Positions 37,602 through 52,600 of a stretch of DNA of 64,000 nt are shown here, piece after piece. The stretch spans positions 15,192 to 79,191 of the forward strand of contig CAYXQS010000001.1 of the NCBI GenBank assembly GCA_964466515.1. The letters run 5' to 3'. The first letter of the stretch is position 1, and each line of letters opens with the position of its first letter. The translations under genes and the position numbers were made by a program. The notes under the pieces were generated by a model. It was not told the DNA's origin, searched no databases, and was given only the letters and a program-made list of their open reading frames with translations. Source of the DNA: an uncultured Gemmatimonas sp. (lineage in GTDB: Bacteria > Gemmatimonadota > Gemmatimonadetes > Gemmatimonadales > Gemmatimonadaceae).

Positions 37602-37631
37602 GGCGGGCCGGGGCGATGGTCCCGGCCCGCC
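37602..37631. terminator. GC-rich hairpin between the convergent giant genes (probable terminator)
   Basis: Perfect 11-bp stem GGCGGGCCGGG / CCCGGCCCGCC with an 8-nt loop; only a short U run on the minus strand. Confidence 0.65.
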
Positions 37632-37676
37632 GCAATTACGAGGGCTGCACGAGATGGTTGTGGATGTGCCTCGGGA

Positions 37677-40600
37677 TCAGGGCGCCTTACATATAGGCGG
37701 CCAGAACGTCCCGTCTCCAACAACGGTGACCGTTGCTTCCGTGCACCCGAGACCTGGGATGTTCATCACGGCGGCACTGCTGATGTTCGCGTGGTAGCTG
37801 CCACTCCCGGTCCCGAGAATGAAACCGAGCACAGTCAGCGTGGACGTGCCGGTGATCTCGATATTGTTGTTCCAGGCGAGGAGATAGTTCAGGTAGGCGT
37901 TGCTCCCCTGGAACCTGACGATCCCGCCACTGGTCTTGTCGAACCGGACGTTCTGGAACCTCGACGAATCGGCACCAGGGTTTGAGAAGGTGACCACCGA
38001 GGTTCCGCCGCCGACAAACTCCACGGTGTGATCACCGGTCGCGTGGAAGGCACGCAGGTTGAAGCTGGACTGCGTGAAACTGCCGCCGACGAGGATGTTG
38101 CCGTCCGTGAGCAGCCCGTCCGTGCTGCCGCCGCCGAAGCCGACATTGCCCGCGACGTCGAGCACGGCGAAGTTGTCGGTCATTGCCAGGCGGCCGCCGA
38201 AGGCATCGCCGTCCACGGTGTTGAAGTTCCCGGCGATGTGCAGGGCAAAGTGGCGCAGGTTGAGTTGCGCGCTCCCGCCGACCTCGACGTTGCCGCCGAC
38301 GGAGGAGTTACCGTCCAGCGCGACCACGCCGCTGGCGAAGCCGTAGCCGTTCGCGATGGCGAGCTTGGGCGCGAACTGCCCGGTGGACGTAAAGCCCACC
38401 GAGTCGGCGGGGCGCATCAGCAGCACGCCGCCGCTGCCGGCCACATCGCCTTCGCTCAGCAGCGTGCCGCGCACGATGAGCGTGTCCGTGCCGGCGAACG
38501 TGAGCAAACCGCCATCCTGGATGGTGAGATTCCGCACCTCGCGCGCGCCGGACGGAATCACCGGCGGGTTGTCCGAGGTGCCAATGATCACATCCGTGTA
38601 TGCGTCCGGCACGTTAGGGAGCAACCAGTTGTCGGGCTCGTCCCAACTGGAGTTGTCGCCGCCAGTCCACACGTTGGGGCCCTCATCATCCCACGGCGCG
38701 GTGTCCCCATCGCCGCAGACCTCCGCGATGCACCCGACCAGCGGGCTCGAGTTGGTGAATCCGACCAAGGCGCCTTCAATCTCGACGTAGCGACCGCTCG
38801 TAACCGCGTAGCTGAAGTTGATCTGGTTGAAGGTGAGCGGCGAATATCCGCTGAGCGACAGCTTCAGCGCCACGACCGTCGGGTCAAGTTCGGTGAAGGT
38901 GAGTCGGTTGATGTCGAACGGCGCCGGGTACGCCGCCGTCAGCTCGAGGCCGACATTGCGGAAGGTGATCGCATTGGACGCGGACGCGCTGGCGTCGAAC
39001 CCGCCGAACCCATAGATGCGACGCGAGTTGCCGGCCGTGAGCAGGTCGGACCGGACGGATACCGTTCCATCATAGGGATCCACGCGTCCGATCACGCCGT
39101 TCGCGGTCACATCGCTGCTGAGCGTCACCTTCGCCCCGTGCTGGAACCGCAGGACGTCGAAGTACGACTCGGAGGGGTCATCGAAGTGGATGAAGCTGGA
39201 GTCGCGCATCACGACCGTGCCGCCGACCGTTGCCTGGAACGCGTTCTCGAAGCTCCCGGCGGACTTCTGGACGAACGCGCCCCCGACAATGAGTCGCGCG
39301 CTGTCGGTGAGGACCGAGGTGGTTCCCGACTCAAAGCGCGCCGTGTCGGCGTACACCTCGGCGCCGCTGCCGGTAATGGTAAGACTCGCGGTCGGGCCGG
39401 ACACGAGAATGCCCGCCGTGTCGGCGCGCACGACGACCGGCGACGTCCAGAGGCCGATGTTCAGGTTGCCGCCGAGCACGTGCAGGCCAGCACCGATCGA
39501 GTAACCGTCCTCACTCGCCTGATTCATCACCACGGTCGGCCCGAACGTGCGGAGCAAGCCATACTCGATTGCACCGTTGGCGACGTTGGTCCGCGGAATG
39601 GTCTGTGAGCCGTCGAGGTCGCTGCCGGCGCCGAGGAAGTCCACCGTGTCCACGTTGAACGTGGTTCCCGTGGTGAATCCGCCGTAGATCGCGATGCGCG
39701 GGACGGTGATCTCCGCATTGGGCTCGGCGGCCAGCTCACCGGAGGTCACTCCGTCGTTGAAGCCGATCTTGAGCCACGCCCCAGTGCCACCGACAATGGC
39801 ATTTTGCTCGTTGGCGTTCATATACAACTGGTTCCGCACCGGCAGGATGCTCAGCAGCGTCGTGGTGCCGTCATTGTGCCGCAACGACGAGATGTACGAC
39901 AGCGTGTCGTGGCCGAAGTACACCGTGCGCGTATCTTCGCCGCCCCCCTCGGGGGCACCAAGGCGCACGGTGAGGTCGGGGCCGGTGACGAGCGCGGTGG
40001 GCGTCGAGCCGGCAACGACGAGGTCGCCGTAGAGAATCATAGAGCCGGTCGTGAGCAGGCCATCGGTGCTGCCGCCGGCAAAGACCGCCGAGTCACCGAT
40101 GGACAGGAGGTCCCCTTCATCGATCATTCGGAGCGTGCCGGACTGCGCGGTTTCGAACACGCCGTGCACCTCCAACCCCGAGCCGTTGATTCGAAGGCTC
40201 GCCGAACCCGCAACGCGAACATCGGCAAACTCCGAGTACCCGACGAGCCTCGCCGTTGAGGCGCTGTCTATCCGGAGATTGCAGGATTCGGATACGCTCA
40301 CGACCGACGCGTCGCCGTTGCCGCGCACGAACAAGGCACCGCCCGCCTCGCAGGTGACATTGCCGGCGTCCGCCAGATTGAGCGACTTGGAGACCGTGAG
40401 GCTGTCGGAGAGCGTGATCTGCGCGCCAGACGCGGCGACGAGCGACCGGAAACGCAACGGGACGTCAACGATCATCGTTCCGGCGGAGGTGACGTACACA
40501 CTGTCGTTCGGACCTGGCACGAAGCTGTATGGCCAATTGTTTGGATCCGATGCGACCCCTCCGGAGAATTCGTGCACGAGGAATTCGTCCCATCCATTGA

Positions 40601-43600
40601 GCACCGCCCCGCCGAGCGTGACCACATAGCTGCCGTGGGATCCGGGGCTCACCTCCACGACCGTGACTTCGAGCGCTTCGGCGTCGCCGGTGTTCGTGTC
40701 CTCCACCTCGAGATACCTGCCGCTCGTCGGTTGCGTCTCGAACTGGAGTCCGGAAATCAACAGGTTGCCCGATGGCCGGGCAATCCGGAACTGGGTCCCG
40801 GTGGCATCCTGCGCCTCGAACATAAGGTTGATCATCGCCCCGATGGAGCCGGTGACCTCGTTCCCCGCCAACGTCCACGCGACGCGCCGGAAGTGCACGT
40901 TGGCGGCCGACGCGCCGTGCGAGGTAATCCGATAGTACTCGCTCTCGGGCGCGCGGAGGTCCACCGCGTACGGGCCAGACGCGATGAGACTCCCGGCAAC
41001 CGTCAGGTCGGACCGCACGGCGATGTGGCCGGACATATGCGGCAGCAGTTCGAGTCGACCGAATGACGAAGCGCCTGCGCCGGTGCCGGGGTTGTCAAAC
41101 TGCAGTTCCAGCGGGTCCACGCCATCGTGCGTGACCACCCGCGTCCGGTGCATCGGGCCCGCCGCGTACGACTCCGTCGAGTTGTCACCGGCCTGTCGGA
41201 AGTTTCCGTGCGTCTCGATGGTGCCGGCCGTCAGGAGGCCGGCGGTGCTGCCGCCATTGAAGAGCGCGCCAGTGAGCAGCCGCACGGTGGTCAGGCTGTC
41301 CTGCATCGTGACCGTGCCGCTGTCCTCGACGAAGAGGCCCTCGGCAATCACGATGGTGTTGACCGTGTCCGGGTGGTGTCCGAACCGCATTGACCCCGTG
41401 CCGCTGACGAAGAAGCCGCCGTTCACGACCAGCGAATCGTTGTGCTCGATGAGCGTCTGCGCCGACCCTTCAATCCGCACGGAGTGGTAGGTGATCTCCG
41501 AGCCGCCGACATCGCGGGCGCGCAACTGCTGGTTCGCTCCGTCGAGCGTGAGGTTGGCGATGTCGAGGCTGCCGTCAAACAGGTTGGCGCCGCCGAGGCG
41601 CAGGGTGTGGAAGCCGAGGTACGTCTCGGCGCCACCGATGAGGTCGTCGGTGACGGTCAGCGGCGACTCGTCGGAGTTCGTCAGTTCCGCCGAGCTGCCA
41701 AGCTCGAGATTCCGCGCGCGGAGTCCGAACGCCGACTGATACGACCCGTCAAGGAACAGGTCGTTGAACCGCGCCGAGTCGCCGATCATCACGATCGCTC
41801 GGTTGGGAACACACACGGGGTCGCACGGATCAATCAACTCGACCCTGTGGTTCCCGCTCGCCATAAACGACGTGTCCGTTGCGTAGAACCCGGCGTGGCC
41901 GCGCAGTACGCCGTCGGTGAGCTTGCCATCGGCCCGTCCACCCCCGTCGAAGGCGATGCCCGCCAAGACGGTGACCGTGGTGGCGGCATCCACCATCCGG
42001 ATGGTGCCGCCACCCGAGACGAAGAAGTCGCTGACCGTGATGGTGGTGGTCGTGTCCGGCCCACCAATCCGCAGCTCGCCACCGCCCTCGACACTGATGA
42101 GTCCTTCGATGGTACCGCCAAGGCCGCGCATCGAGGCCGTGCCGGTGACGACCACGGACGGGTAAGTGACCGGCGTTGACCCGACCATAAACGGAATCTC
42201 TTGATCCTCGCCAATGAAGCGGATGAAGCCCATATTGGCCTTACTGCCCGGGAAGTTGAAGGCGCCGTCAAGCCAGAGTTCACTCACTTCAAGTGCGGCA
42301 GTCTGCGCTCCGCCAAGCGCGCCGTACACTTCGAGCCGGCCGTCACCGTAAACCGTGACCTCGCCGTTGATTGAGACGTTGCCGCGCGCGACAACGGCTG
42401 TTTCGAGCTCCCGGGAGGCGTCGAACTGAACGTGATTGAGGTACGTCTCGCTCGTGTCCGCGGCCACGAAGTTGATGCGCGGCACGCCGTCGTACATCGG
42501 GTCGGGCGGCAGGAAGACCGTGAGATGGTCGTCGCTGGCGCGCAGGTTATCGTTGCTGTTTCCCTGTTCGAAGTTCTCGTGGACCCGCAGCTCGCCGGCC
42601 GTCAGCGTGGACTGGTTGGTACCCAGGAATCGCACCCGCCCCTGGACCTCGAGCCGGTCGCCGGGTGCGGTCATCTCCACGCGGCCGTTGTCCAGCACGT
42701 CGAACCGTCCCATCACGTCCACCTGGGACGGGCTGCCGAGCCGGAAGTCGTTGCGGACGGTGAGGTCGCCATCAACGCGCATCGCGTCGCCAACGATTGC
42801 GATGCCCGCGTTCGCAGTGACATTGCAGGCGAATCGGCCTCGGACGCCGTAAGAGCCCGCGCCGTCCAGCAGGATGCCCTCGGTCGCGGCGGTCGAGTCG
42901 CAATACACGCCGATGTTCGTCGTTGGCGCGTGGATGGTACCACCGCCCGCGAGCACGAGCCACGCCCCCTCGCCCATCAGGCGGAGCGGCAGGGAATCAA
43001 TCTCGAAGTAGAGTCCGCCGATGGTCACCGTGTCGCTGGTGATCGTCGGTGCCACCTGTGCCGCGGCCCCGATGTACACGGTGTCGTCAGCCGCCGGCAG
43101 CGTATCCATTGACCAGTTCAACGGATTGTTCCAGTTGTCGTCGTAATCACCGATCCACCGGAACTCGATGTCTGCCGGCCAGCCGTCAATGGTGGCGAAT
43201 CCACCCACCGCCTGTGCCCGGCCGCCGTGGAACGTCGGTTGCGGGTTGCTCACCTCGATCGTGAGGTCGGGCGACCCACCGCCCGCAAAGTCCTCGGCGC
43301 GGAAGTAGGCGTTGCTGCCCGCCGTGGAGAATGTCGGTGAGATGAGGTGCACCGCGCCCTGCTCGCGCACGATGCGCAACTGCACGGTATCGGCCGCGAT
43401 GTTCGTGAACGTCAGCCCCTCAAGCGTGTCGAGTGGCTGGCCGTTGAGGATGGTCCAGTGGACGTTGTTGAACGTGAGGCCGCCCTTCACCCGCCCGCCG
43501 TAGGACGTCACCATCCGTCCGGCAGAGGACCAGAGCGTCCGCCCCGCGGCGAGCGAGTCAATCCTCAGCGACCCGTTGAGATAGACCGGCGAGCCGAGCT

Positions 43601-46600
43601 GGATCTCCGTTCCGCCCTCGATACCGCCCAGTTCCACGTCGCCGAAGTGCGAGCTGGCGGCGCCGAGTCCGGGATTCGCGAAGCTCACGGCCTGATTGGC
43701 ATCACCCTGGAACACGGTCGTGTGCGGTGCTGCCGCGAGGAACGCCTCGTCCGAGCCACCTGCCTGCGTAAAGTCGCCGCGCAAGACGAGCCGTCCGTTG
43801 GTCAGCAGCCCGTCCGTGCTCCCGCCGCTGAATGTCGCATTGCCGCTCACGTGCAGCGTCGTGTTCGTGTCCTGCATTGCGAGGCGTCCGGCCCCTGTCG
43901 TGACCAGGTCCCCGCCGACCTCGACGTAGGTCAAGTGCCCGGCGCCGCCAATGCGAATGATTGCCGTGTCCGAGGCGATGAGGGAGCCGCTGAGCGTGTA
44001 GAGCGCGCCCGTATCCGGGAAGAACCGCGTGTCGGAGGTGACGCGGATGCTTGCGTAAGTGATGCTGTTGCCGTCCGCGCGGTAGGCGGGGACCGTCTGC
44101 GTAACGCCGTTGAACACCACGGTGTCCACCTGCAGGACGCCGTCGAACGTCGTGGCGCCCGGCACCACCAGCACATCCACGTCGAGCACGGAGAGCGGTT
44201 CGGCGGCGAAGGCGCTGGTGCCGTTGATCAGCTCGAGCCGCACCCCCGGTTCGCCGAGGAGCTCGGCGGACTCCCGCACCGCCACGTTGCCGATGGCGAA
44301 GGCGTCGGTCGTCAGGCGCTTTGAGCCGCCGTCAATGACGAGTGCGGCGAAGCGCTGGTTCCCTGGGTTGGAGAAGCTGACCGACTGGGTCCCTTCGACG
44401 AACTCAGAGAAGAGCTCGGTGGTGTGGGGGAAGCTGCCGACAAACGCGCCGGGTTGCGTGGCGGTGAAGTCGCCCTGCACGCGCAGGCGACCCAGGCGGA
44501 TCATTCCGTCGGTGGAGGCACCGCCAAACGCAGCGCTGCCGTTCACGGTCATCAGGCCGTCGGCGTGGCCCATCCTGAGCCGGCCGCTTTCGCTGGTCGT
44601 GAGATTGTTGTGTACCAGCACGGTGCTGGCACCGACCTGGAACGCACCGCTCGTGATGTCCAGCGAGCCGAACTCGGTTGTGCCGACGGCAGTGATGGTG
44701 TCACTGCCAACCACGAACGCCGGGCAGTGTATGTTGCCGCGGACCTCGGCTGGGGCACTGCCGCCGAGGACGACGAGCCCTCCGTCGCAACTCAACGCGC
44801 TCCCCGTGGATGGCACGAGGAGTCGTTGCGTGACGATCAGCGAGTCGCCAAGGAGGATCGCCTCTCCCTCGCGGTCGCTCACCAGTGCGCGCAGCGTCGT
44901 GGGCGACGTGATAAATGGCACACTTTCCGCACTCGCCGGGATGTAGGCGCTGTCCGCGGCGGTGGGCACCACGCCCGACATCCAGTTCGCTGGGTTGGCG
45001 AAGTCCGCGTCGTAGTTGCCCGTCCACGTGAAGTCGGGGAAGGCGTTCCACCCGCTGAGCGTCGCGCCGTTCACGAGCTCGACGTACGTGGCGTAGAAGC
45101 TGGGGGAGATGTTCGTCACCACGACGCCAAAATTGTCGCTGCCGTTCACGTCCTCCACGCGCAGGTACTTCCCGGACTCCGGCGTGGTGAGGAACTGCAG
45201 GCCATTCATCGCGACCGAGCCGTCCTCGCGCCGGATGTCGAGTTGCACCACGTTCGGGTCCATATCCGTGAAGGACACGCCATCGAGCTGCTCGATCGGC
45301 GCGCCCGGCTGCAGGACCCAGCGGACGTTCGAGAACACCAGCGCGTCAACATTCGCGCCTTGGCTGACCACGGTGCGCGGGGCGTCCGCGCCCGTCAGGT
45401 GGTGGGCGAGGGCGATTCCCGTGCGCAGCCGACCCTCGATCCAGGCATCGCTGTGGAGGATGACCTGATACTCGAGGTCGGCGGCGAGGTAGAGGTCACC
45501 GAAGTGCGAGGCGGTGCTGCCCGCGCCCGGACTGGCGAAGGCGACTGCGCTGTTGGCCCCCTGCCTGCGCAGCCAGGTGACGTGTGGGGCGCTGGCGCTG
45601 AATGCCGTCGAATCCCCGGTCGCGCCCTGCGCGAAGTTGCCGTAGAGATCAATGCGACCATTCGTCAGCTTCCCGGCCGTCGAGCCACCGTCAAATGCGG
45701 CATCGCCCATCACGACGAGCGTGGTGGCGTCGTCCATCATCCGCAGCGTGCCCGAGTCCACGGTCTGGAAGTTCCCCTCGACGTGGACACGGGTGACCGA
45801 GTCGGGATGGCCGAGCCACAGCTCACCGCTGACCGTCAGGCCGCCAGTGACCGTGACGCTGTCCACGCCCCCCGAGAGCCGCGCGTTGCCGGACACGATC
45901 ACGTTCGGCAGCATCAAGTTGGTCGGGATGACCTGGTCGTTGCCCGTGAAGGTCACGGTGCTGATGCCAAGCACATTGTCTACGGCGAGCGTCCCGCCGA
46001 CTTCGAGGAACTGCGCGCTGAACTGCGCGTTCTCGCCGACCGTGACGTTGCCGGCGACGCGGATCGGTGAGCCCGAGCCGGCAAGGAGCACGGCGACCGA
46101 GTCGAGCGCCAGGTTGCCGTTCACATAGACGCCCTCCTGCGTGACCTGGCGCGGCCCGAGTACGGTCAGGTCGTTGAAGGCGACTGCGTTGGTGGGGTTG
46201 TCGATCGTGAGTGTCGGCGCGCCGTCGCCCTGGAGGATGGTGTGGTGCGTGCCGCTCGCGGCGAACGTGCCGGGACTCTGCTGCACAAAGTGGCCGCCGA
46301 TCTCGAGCGTGCCCGCCGTCAGCTCCTGCGTACTGGTGGACAGGAACTGTGCCGGGCCGTCAACTCGGAGCACGCCGGCCGCATCCGTCATCCGGAGCGT
46401 GCCGCCGCCGAAGACTTGCAGGCCGCCGTTCCCTACCGGACCATCCACCACGTGGAACGTGTAGGCACCGACATCCAGGACGCCTTGCGCCTGCAGGGCG
46501 ACGCTGCCGTCCCAGGACACATCGGCCATTGGACGGACCACGCCCGCAGCCATACTGAGCGTGCAGCCGCCGATGAACTGTCCGCCGATGGTGGCCGTGT

Positions 46601-49600
46601 CGCCCGACGTTCCGAGAAAGACCGAATTGCTGCTGCAGACCAGGCCGCTGTCGGCGTGCACGTTCAGGGTTCCCGTGATCCCGACGGAACCGGCGAGCGA
46701 CACGAACCGCAGGTCGCTGACGAGCGCGCGGAGCGTGATGCCATCCGGTAGCGTCGGCGCATTCGGCGCTACCGCCGGGACGTACACGCTGTCGGCCGCG
46801 GTCGGAATGATCGCTTCGACCCAGTTGGCGGGATTGCTCCAGTTGTCGTCCACGGTGCCGCCCCACGTCAGCAGCACCTGATCCCACCCATTCACGATGG
46901 CGCCATTCAGCACGCTCAAGCCGCCGCTCGGCTGCGACGGGTTGGGATCTTCCAGCGTGATCTCAAGGTCGCCGCCACCGTTGGCGTCAATGACCTCGAG
47001 ATACTTGCCCGATGTCGGCGCGCTCGTGAAGACCGGCCGACGCACGAGGTGCGTCCCGCTCTGGCGCGCAATCCGCCACTGCACGACCTCCGGGTCCATC
47101 GAGCCGAACGTAATCGTGTCGAGCTTCCCGATTGGCGCGCCATCCAGCAGGTCCCACCGCACATTGATGAAGTGCAGCAGGTTCACATCGGCGCCACGCG
47201 TCGTGAGCAGTTGCCCACCGCCGGCAATCTGGTAGCCCGTCGCGATCCCGGTCTCGAGCATTCCGCTCGCGTACACATCCGTGAGCAGCGTCAACTGACT
47301 GCCCGGCGTCTTGGCGTGATACAGTTCGCCGAAGGCCGACCCGTTGCCGGCAAACCCCGGGTTGGCGAAGGAGATCGTCTGCGGGCTTGCCCCGCGGAAC
47401 CACGTGGAGTGCGCGGGCTCGGCTACGAACGCGCCAGGGTCCGTGTCCTGAATGAAGTTGCCACGCACCTCGAGATAGCCAGCCGTCAGCGTGCTCGCTC
47501 CGCCCGCGAAGCGCACGTCGCCGAGCGACTGGACGGTGTCGGTGTTCGCCGTCATTGCCACGCGGCCGCCCGACTCGGTCGCGAAGCTCTGTGCGATGAG
47601 CTTGCCGCCGCCCATCGTCAGCATTCCCGTCGCGCCGCTGACGACGAAGTCACCATTCACGACGGTCGAATCGCCAACGGCACCGCCGAGCGTGACGCTG
47701 CCGTTCACGGTCAGGTTGCCATCAACGCTCCGCGCGTTCAGCGTTGCACCCGACCCACCCATAAACGTGGAGCTATGGCTCCACCTTCCACCGATGGTAT
47801 CCGTCAGGTTGCCGAGGATCAGGATCGCGCCACCATCCCCGCCGTTCACGAGACCCGTGGTGCCCTCGAAGACCACGTCGCCCAGAATCATTGCGCTGGA
47901 GTTTGCGAACTCGAGTTGCGCGCCCTCGGCGACGTGCAGGCTGCCCAGCGGGTTCTCGGACGGGTTGGCGATCTGTGCAAAGGCCGTCGGGCTGGTGAAC
48001 CGGATGATCAGTCCCGCGTGGGCCACGAAGCTGGGGGCACCCGGTGCGCCGTCAATCACGAGTCCGTCGCCGAGTTCCAGCACGCCGACCGAGAGGCCCG
48101 CGTCGGCATCCTTGCCGCGGAACGTGGCCGTCCCGGTCACGACCAGCGTGTCCTCGAGATTCCCGAGCGCGAGCCGTCCGTTGCCGCGCGTCTCGAGCGT
48201 GCTCCCCAGCGTGTACTGCGCGTTCCCGACGCTCAACACGCCCTCGACAATGAGCGGCGGGGCGAAGTCCACATCGAGGGTCACCTCGCCCGCGACAATC
48301 GTCGGGATGGTTTCGCCGGCTGGCAGCGCGCCGTTGGGACTCCAGTTGACCAACGTATCGGCGGTGAAGCTCGCACCGCGCGTGAAGGCTGTCTGCGACG
48401 CAAAGACTGCGAGCGCGGTGGGCGTGCCGGTGAAGTTGCTCGGGAGTACGCTGATCAGGCGGCCCCCGACGGCGGTGGCGCTGTCAACGTTCGACAACTG
48501 GAAGCTGCCGAGCGCCTTGGCTCCGGAGCTGAACACGACGCCACCGTCGCCAGGTTGCTTGTCCACGGCCAGCGTGCCGAGGCACGACTGCGCACAGGTC
48601 GCGGTGAGCAATGTGTCGGGGTTTGCAAACAGGATGCTCTGCGTGCCTGAGCCCGCGAGCACCAGTGTGTGCGCTGCCGCCGCGTTGAACGCCTGCGCAT
48701 CGCCGCCGACATTGACATCGCCGTGGACTCTCAGCGTGCCGCCGGTGAGGTAGCCGGCCGTGCTGCCGCCGCTGAAGGTCGCGTTGCCCATGACCTCCAC
48801 GTTGGCGCCGTCATTCATCTCCAGCGTTCCGCCCGTCAGCGTGACGAGGTAGCCCTCAACCAAGATCTGGTGCGTTGCCACGTCGAGTGAGGCGCCAAGC
48901 TCGATGGACAGGTCGCCGCTCGTGAGCTGGCCCGTGGCCAGATAGGTGCCGTTCTGGAACGCGAGGCGCGGGAACCGACCACGCACGGTGCCGCCGAGCG
49001 CGCCTTGCGCAATGACGACTCCCTCGAGGCCGGCGGAGATCGCGATGGACGTGGGAGCGGCGAGCGACCCGTTGACGGCGAGCGTCTGGTTGCCGAGCGC
49101 GAGCGACGCACCGTTCTCGATGGTGAGCCGCGAGACGGTCATCGACGCGGTAAGCGCCGGATAGTTCGGACGCCCCGCCGGGACCAGGACGGAGTCTGAC
49201 GACGATGGGACGAGACTGTTCTTCCAGTTCCCCGGCTCGGTGAGCGACGTGTTGACGTCGCCGGTCCAGGTCCGGTTGGCAATCATCGTGATTGCCGTGG
49301 CATTGAACTCAAGCGTGGGCGTCCCGCTGGTCACGGCCTCGACGGTCTGGCCGCCGAGCGCGCTGCCGAGTGTCCACGTCGTGCCGGCAAGGCCATTCGC
49401 GTCCACGAGCGCCGTGTCCACGGCGAACCCGTTGCCGAGCGTGCCGCCGCCGCTGGTGACCGTGAAGAACACGGTGTCGCCAACGACGGCGTTTCCGCCG
49501 GCATCGAGCACGCGCACCACGAGGGCCGAATCGAGGGCCTGCGTGGCCATCCCGGACTGGGCGTCGCCGGAGACCTTCTCGAACGTGCTCACGGCGCCCA

Positions 49601-52600
49601 CGACCACTTCGACGTCGGCATTGACGGTCGGCAGGCCGTCGGTCGCGAACGTGATGATCCAGCTCCCAAGCGTGCCGAAGACGAGATCGTCGAACGTCGC
49701 GACGCCCGCCATCAGCGGCTGCGTGGTGGTGCCGGCCGCGAAGTCGTCATCAGGCGCGTCTGTCGGCGTCACGGTCACGTCGCCGGAGAATCCAGTGACG
49801 ATGTTGTCGTGACGGTCGCGCGCCTCGACCACGAACGTGGAGGCCGGCACGCCGCCATCCACGGTGTCCGGCGCGGCGGTGACTGCGAGGTGCGTGGCGT
49901 TGCCGGGCAGGATGCTGGCGCCGAAGTTCACCGGCGAACCCGTGAGTCCATCGGCCGACGCCTGCACGGTAACCGGCCCGGGCGTGTCACCAAGCGTCAA
50001 CTGCACTGCCGCGAAGCCATCCGCGCCGCTCAGTGTCGTATCGGCGCCGAGGACGCCACTCCCCAGCGTGATGGCCCACGCCACCGGTGCACCGGGCGCC
50101 GCGTTGCCGAACTCGTCAGTGACCTTCACGCGCAACGGGAGCGGCAACACCGCGTCCACGGTGTCCGTCTGTGCCTGGCCATCGTACACGGCAACGGCAA
50201 ACGGCGCGCCCGCAACCACCGTGAAGTTGGCGCTGATCGTATCGCTCAGCCCGCCCGCCGCGAATCGCAGGCGATACTCGCCGGCGACCTGCGCCACCAC
50301 CGCGTCAAACGTCGCGACGCCACCGACGGCCGTGACACTGGTGGTGCCGAGGAGCGTGGCGAGTGCGGGGCCGCTGTCCACCGACACCGTCACGGGTCCG
50401 GTGAAGTTGGGATCAATGGCGCCTTCGCTGTCGTGCGCGCCGACCGCGAACGCGGACAGCGCCACGCCGGCAGTTGAAGCCGCCGGCTCATTCACAACCT
50501 GCAGGCGGACGGCGAACTGATTGATGGTGGCCGTGAACACGACGGGCGATCCAACCAGGCCGTCCACCGTGGCGTGGACGGTGATGGTGCTGACGCTGTC
50601 GTGGAGCACGAGTTCCGTGGCCGAGATGCCGAGCGAATCCGTCGTTACGGCACCGAGCGTAACGTCCGCGGAGCCGGAGACGACGGTCCAGGTCACGAGC
50701 GTGCCTTCGACGGGATTGCCTCCAGCGTCGGTGACCTTGACGGTCAGCGGCAGCGGGAGGGTGGTGTTGATGTCGCCGCTCTGTCCGTCGCCCGACGGCG
50801 TGCCCATCGCGATGTTGGCCGCCGCACCTGCAGTCGCGGTCGCGGAGAACTGCAGCGCGCCGACTGCACCGGCCGTTGCCTCGGCCACCTGCTCGCCCAG
50901 CGCGGCGCCAAGCGTCCAGGCCGTCGCGGCGCGGCCCTGTTCGTCCGTGGTCGTGACCGCTGGGCTCACCGAGCCGCCGCCGGCCAGCGCGTGCCACGTG
51001 ACGGGGTGATCCGCAATCGGGTTGCCGAAGTTGTCGGTGACGACGACGGCGAGCGAATCGGCCAACACCGTGCCCACGACGCCGGTCTGGAGGTCGCCGC
51101 CAGCGAAGTTCACCACCTGCGCGCCCGCGTTGCCCACGACGAGGCCTTCGTGGTCAACGGCGGTGAGGCCGGAGGCGGTGAACCGCAGGACGTACGTGCC
51201 CGCGCGTTCGAACGTCAGCCCGGGGAACGTGGCGACGCCTTCCTCGGCGACGACGGAGCCACCTCCGTCGGTGATCGAACCCCCCGGCGGGCCAGAGACG
51301 ATGGAGACGGTCACCGTACCACTGAACGACGGATCCATATTGCCGAGCGAGTCCGTCGCGCTGATGAGCACATCGGATGTGGCAACACCGGCCGTCAGCG
51401 AGACGGGCGATGGCACCAGAATGGCGAGCTGCGTCGCCGCGCCCGCTTCCGCCTCCGCATCAAACGCGATGCCCGCCAGCGCGCCGCTGGTGACGTTCAC
51501 CACCTGCGCCCCGGGGCTCGCGCCGAGCGTCCACGCCGCGCGGGCCAGGCCGTCGGCATTGGTGACCACGCTGGCTGGCGACACCGAGCCGCCGTTCTGC
51601 GCGGCAAAGGCCACCGGTACGCCCGACACGGGGTTGCTCTGTCCATCAACGACCAGCACGACGAGGGAATCGGCGAGTGTCGAGCCGGCAATCCCAACCT
51701 GCGCGTCGCCCGCTTCCTTGAGCAACAGCGCCGCAGCGCCGGCGACAATCTCAAACGTGTCGCTGGTGTCCGCGACGAGTCCTGCGGACGATGCCTCGAG
51801 CCGGTAGCCAGCGGCGGCCTTGTTGACGCTGAGCGTGCCGAATGACGCTTCGCCGGCCACCGCCGCGACAGTCGTGGTGCCACTGAGTGTCGCGCCGGGC
51901 ACGCAGATGCACAGCGCCACGCTGACGTCGCCGGTGAAGTCGGTGGCGAGGTTGCCGAACGCGTCGCGCGCAATCACGGTGATCGCGGGCGCGATTGCCA
52001 CGCCGGCCGTGGCCGGCGGCGGCTGCTGCACGAAGGCGAGCGATGCCGCGGCGGCCGGCGTGATCACGACGGCGTTCGCGGTGTCGGCATCGAGCGCGTC
52101 GCTCGATGCGATCAGCGTATGGCTGTCGGCGCGATCGATGCTGAGATCGTCGAACGTCGCGATGCCGGCGACGGTGGCGCGTACCGTGGTGCCACCGAGC
52201 GTGGCGTTGCTCCCCGCGGGCAGGGCGATGCTGACATTGCCGGTGAAGCTGGTGACCGTGTTCCCCGCGGAGTCCTGCACGGCGACGACAAGGGACGGCG
52301 TCATCGCCACGCCCGCCACCGCACCTGCGGGCTGCGAGAGGATGGCGACCTGCGCCGGCACGCCCGCCGTGGCGGTCGCCATCAGGGTGAGCGGCGACCC
52401 GGCCAGTCCGGCGGCCGTCGCCGTGATGGTCTGCGGACCCACGTCGGCGCCGAGGGTCCACGCGATCTCGACATTGCCGTCCACATCGGACGTGTCCACG
52501 AGCACGGCGAGCGAACCGCCGCCGGTGGCCACCGCAAAGGTGACCTCGACGCCCTCGACCGGCACATCGTCACTGGCAAGCGTCCGCACGACAAGCGGCT

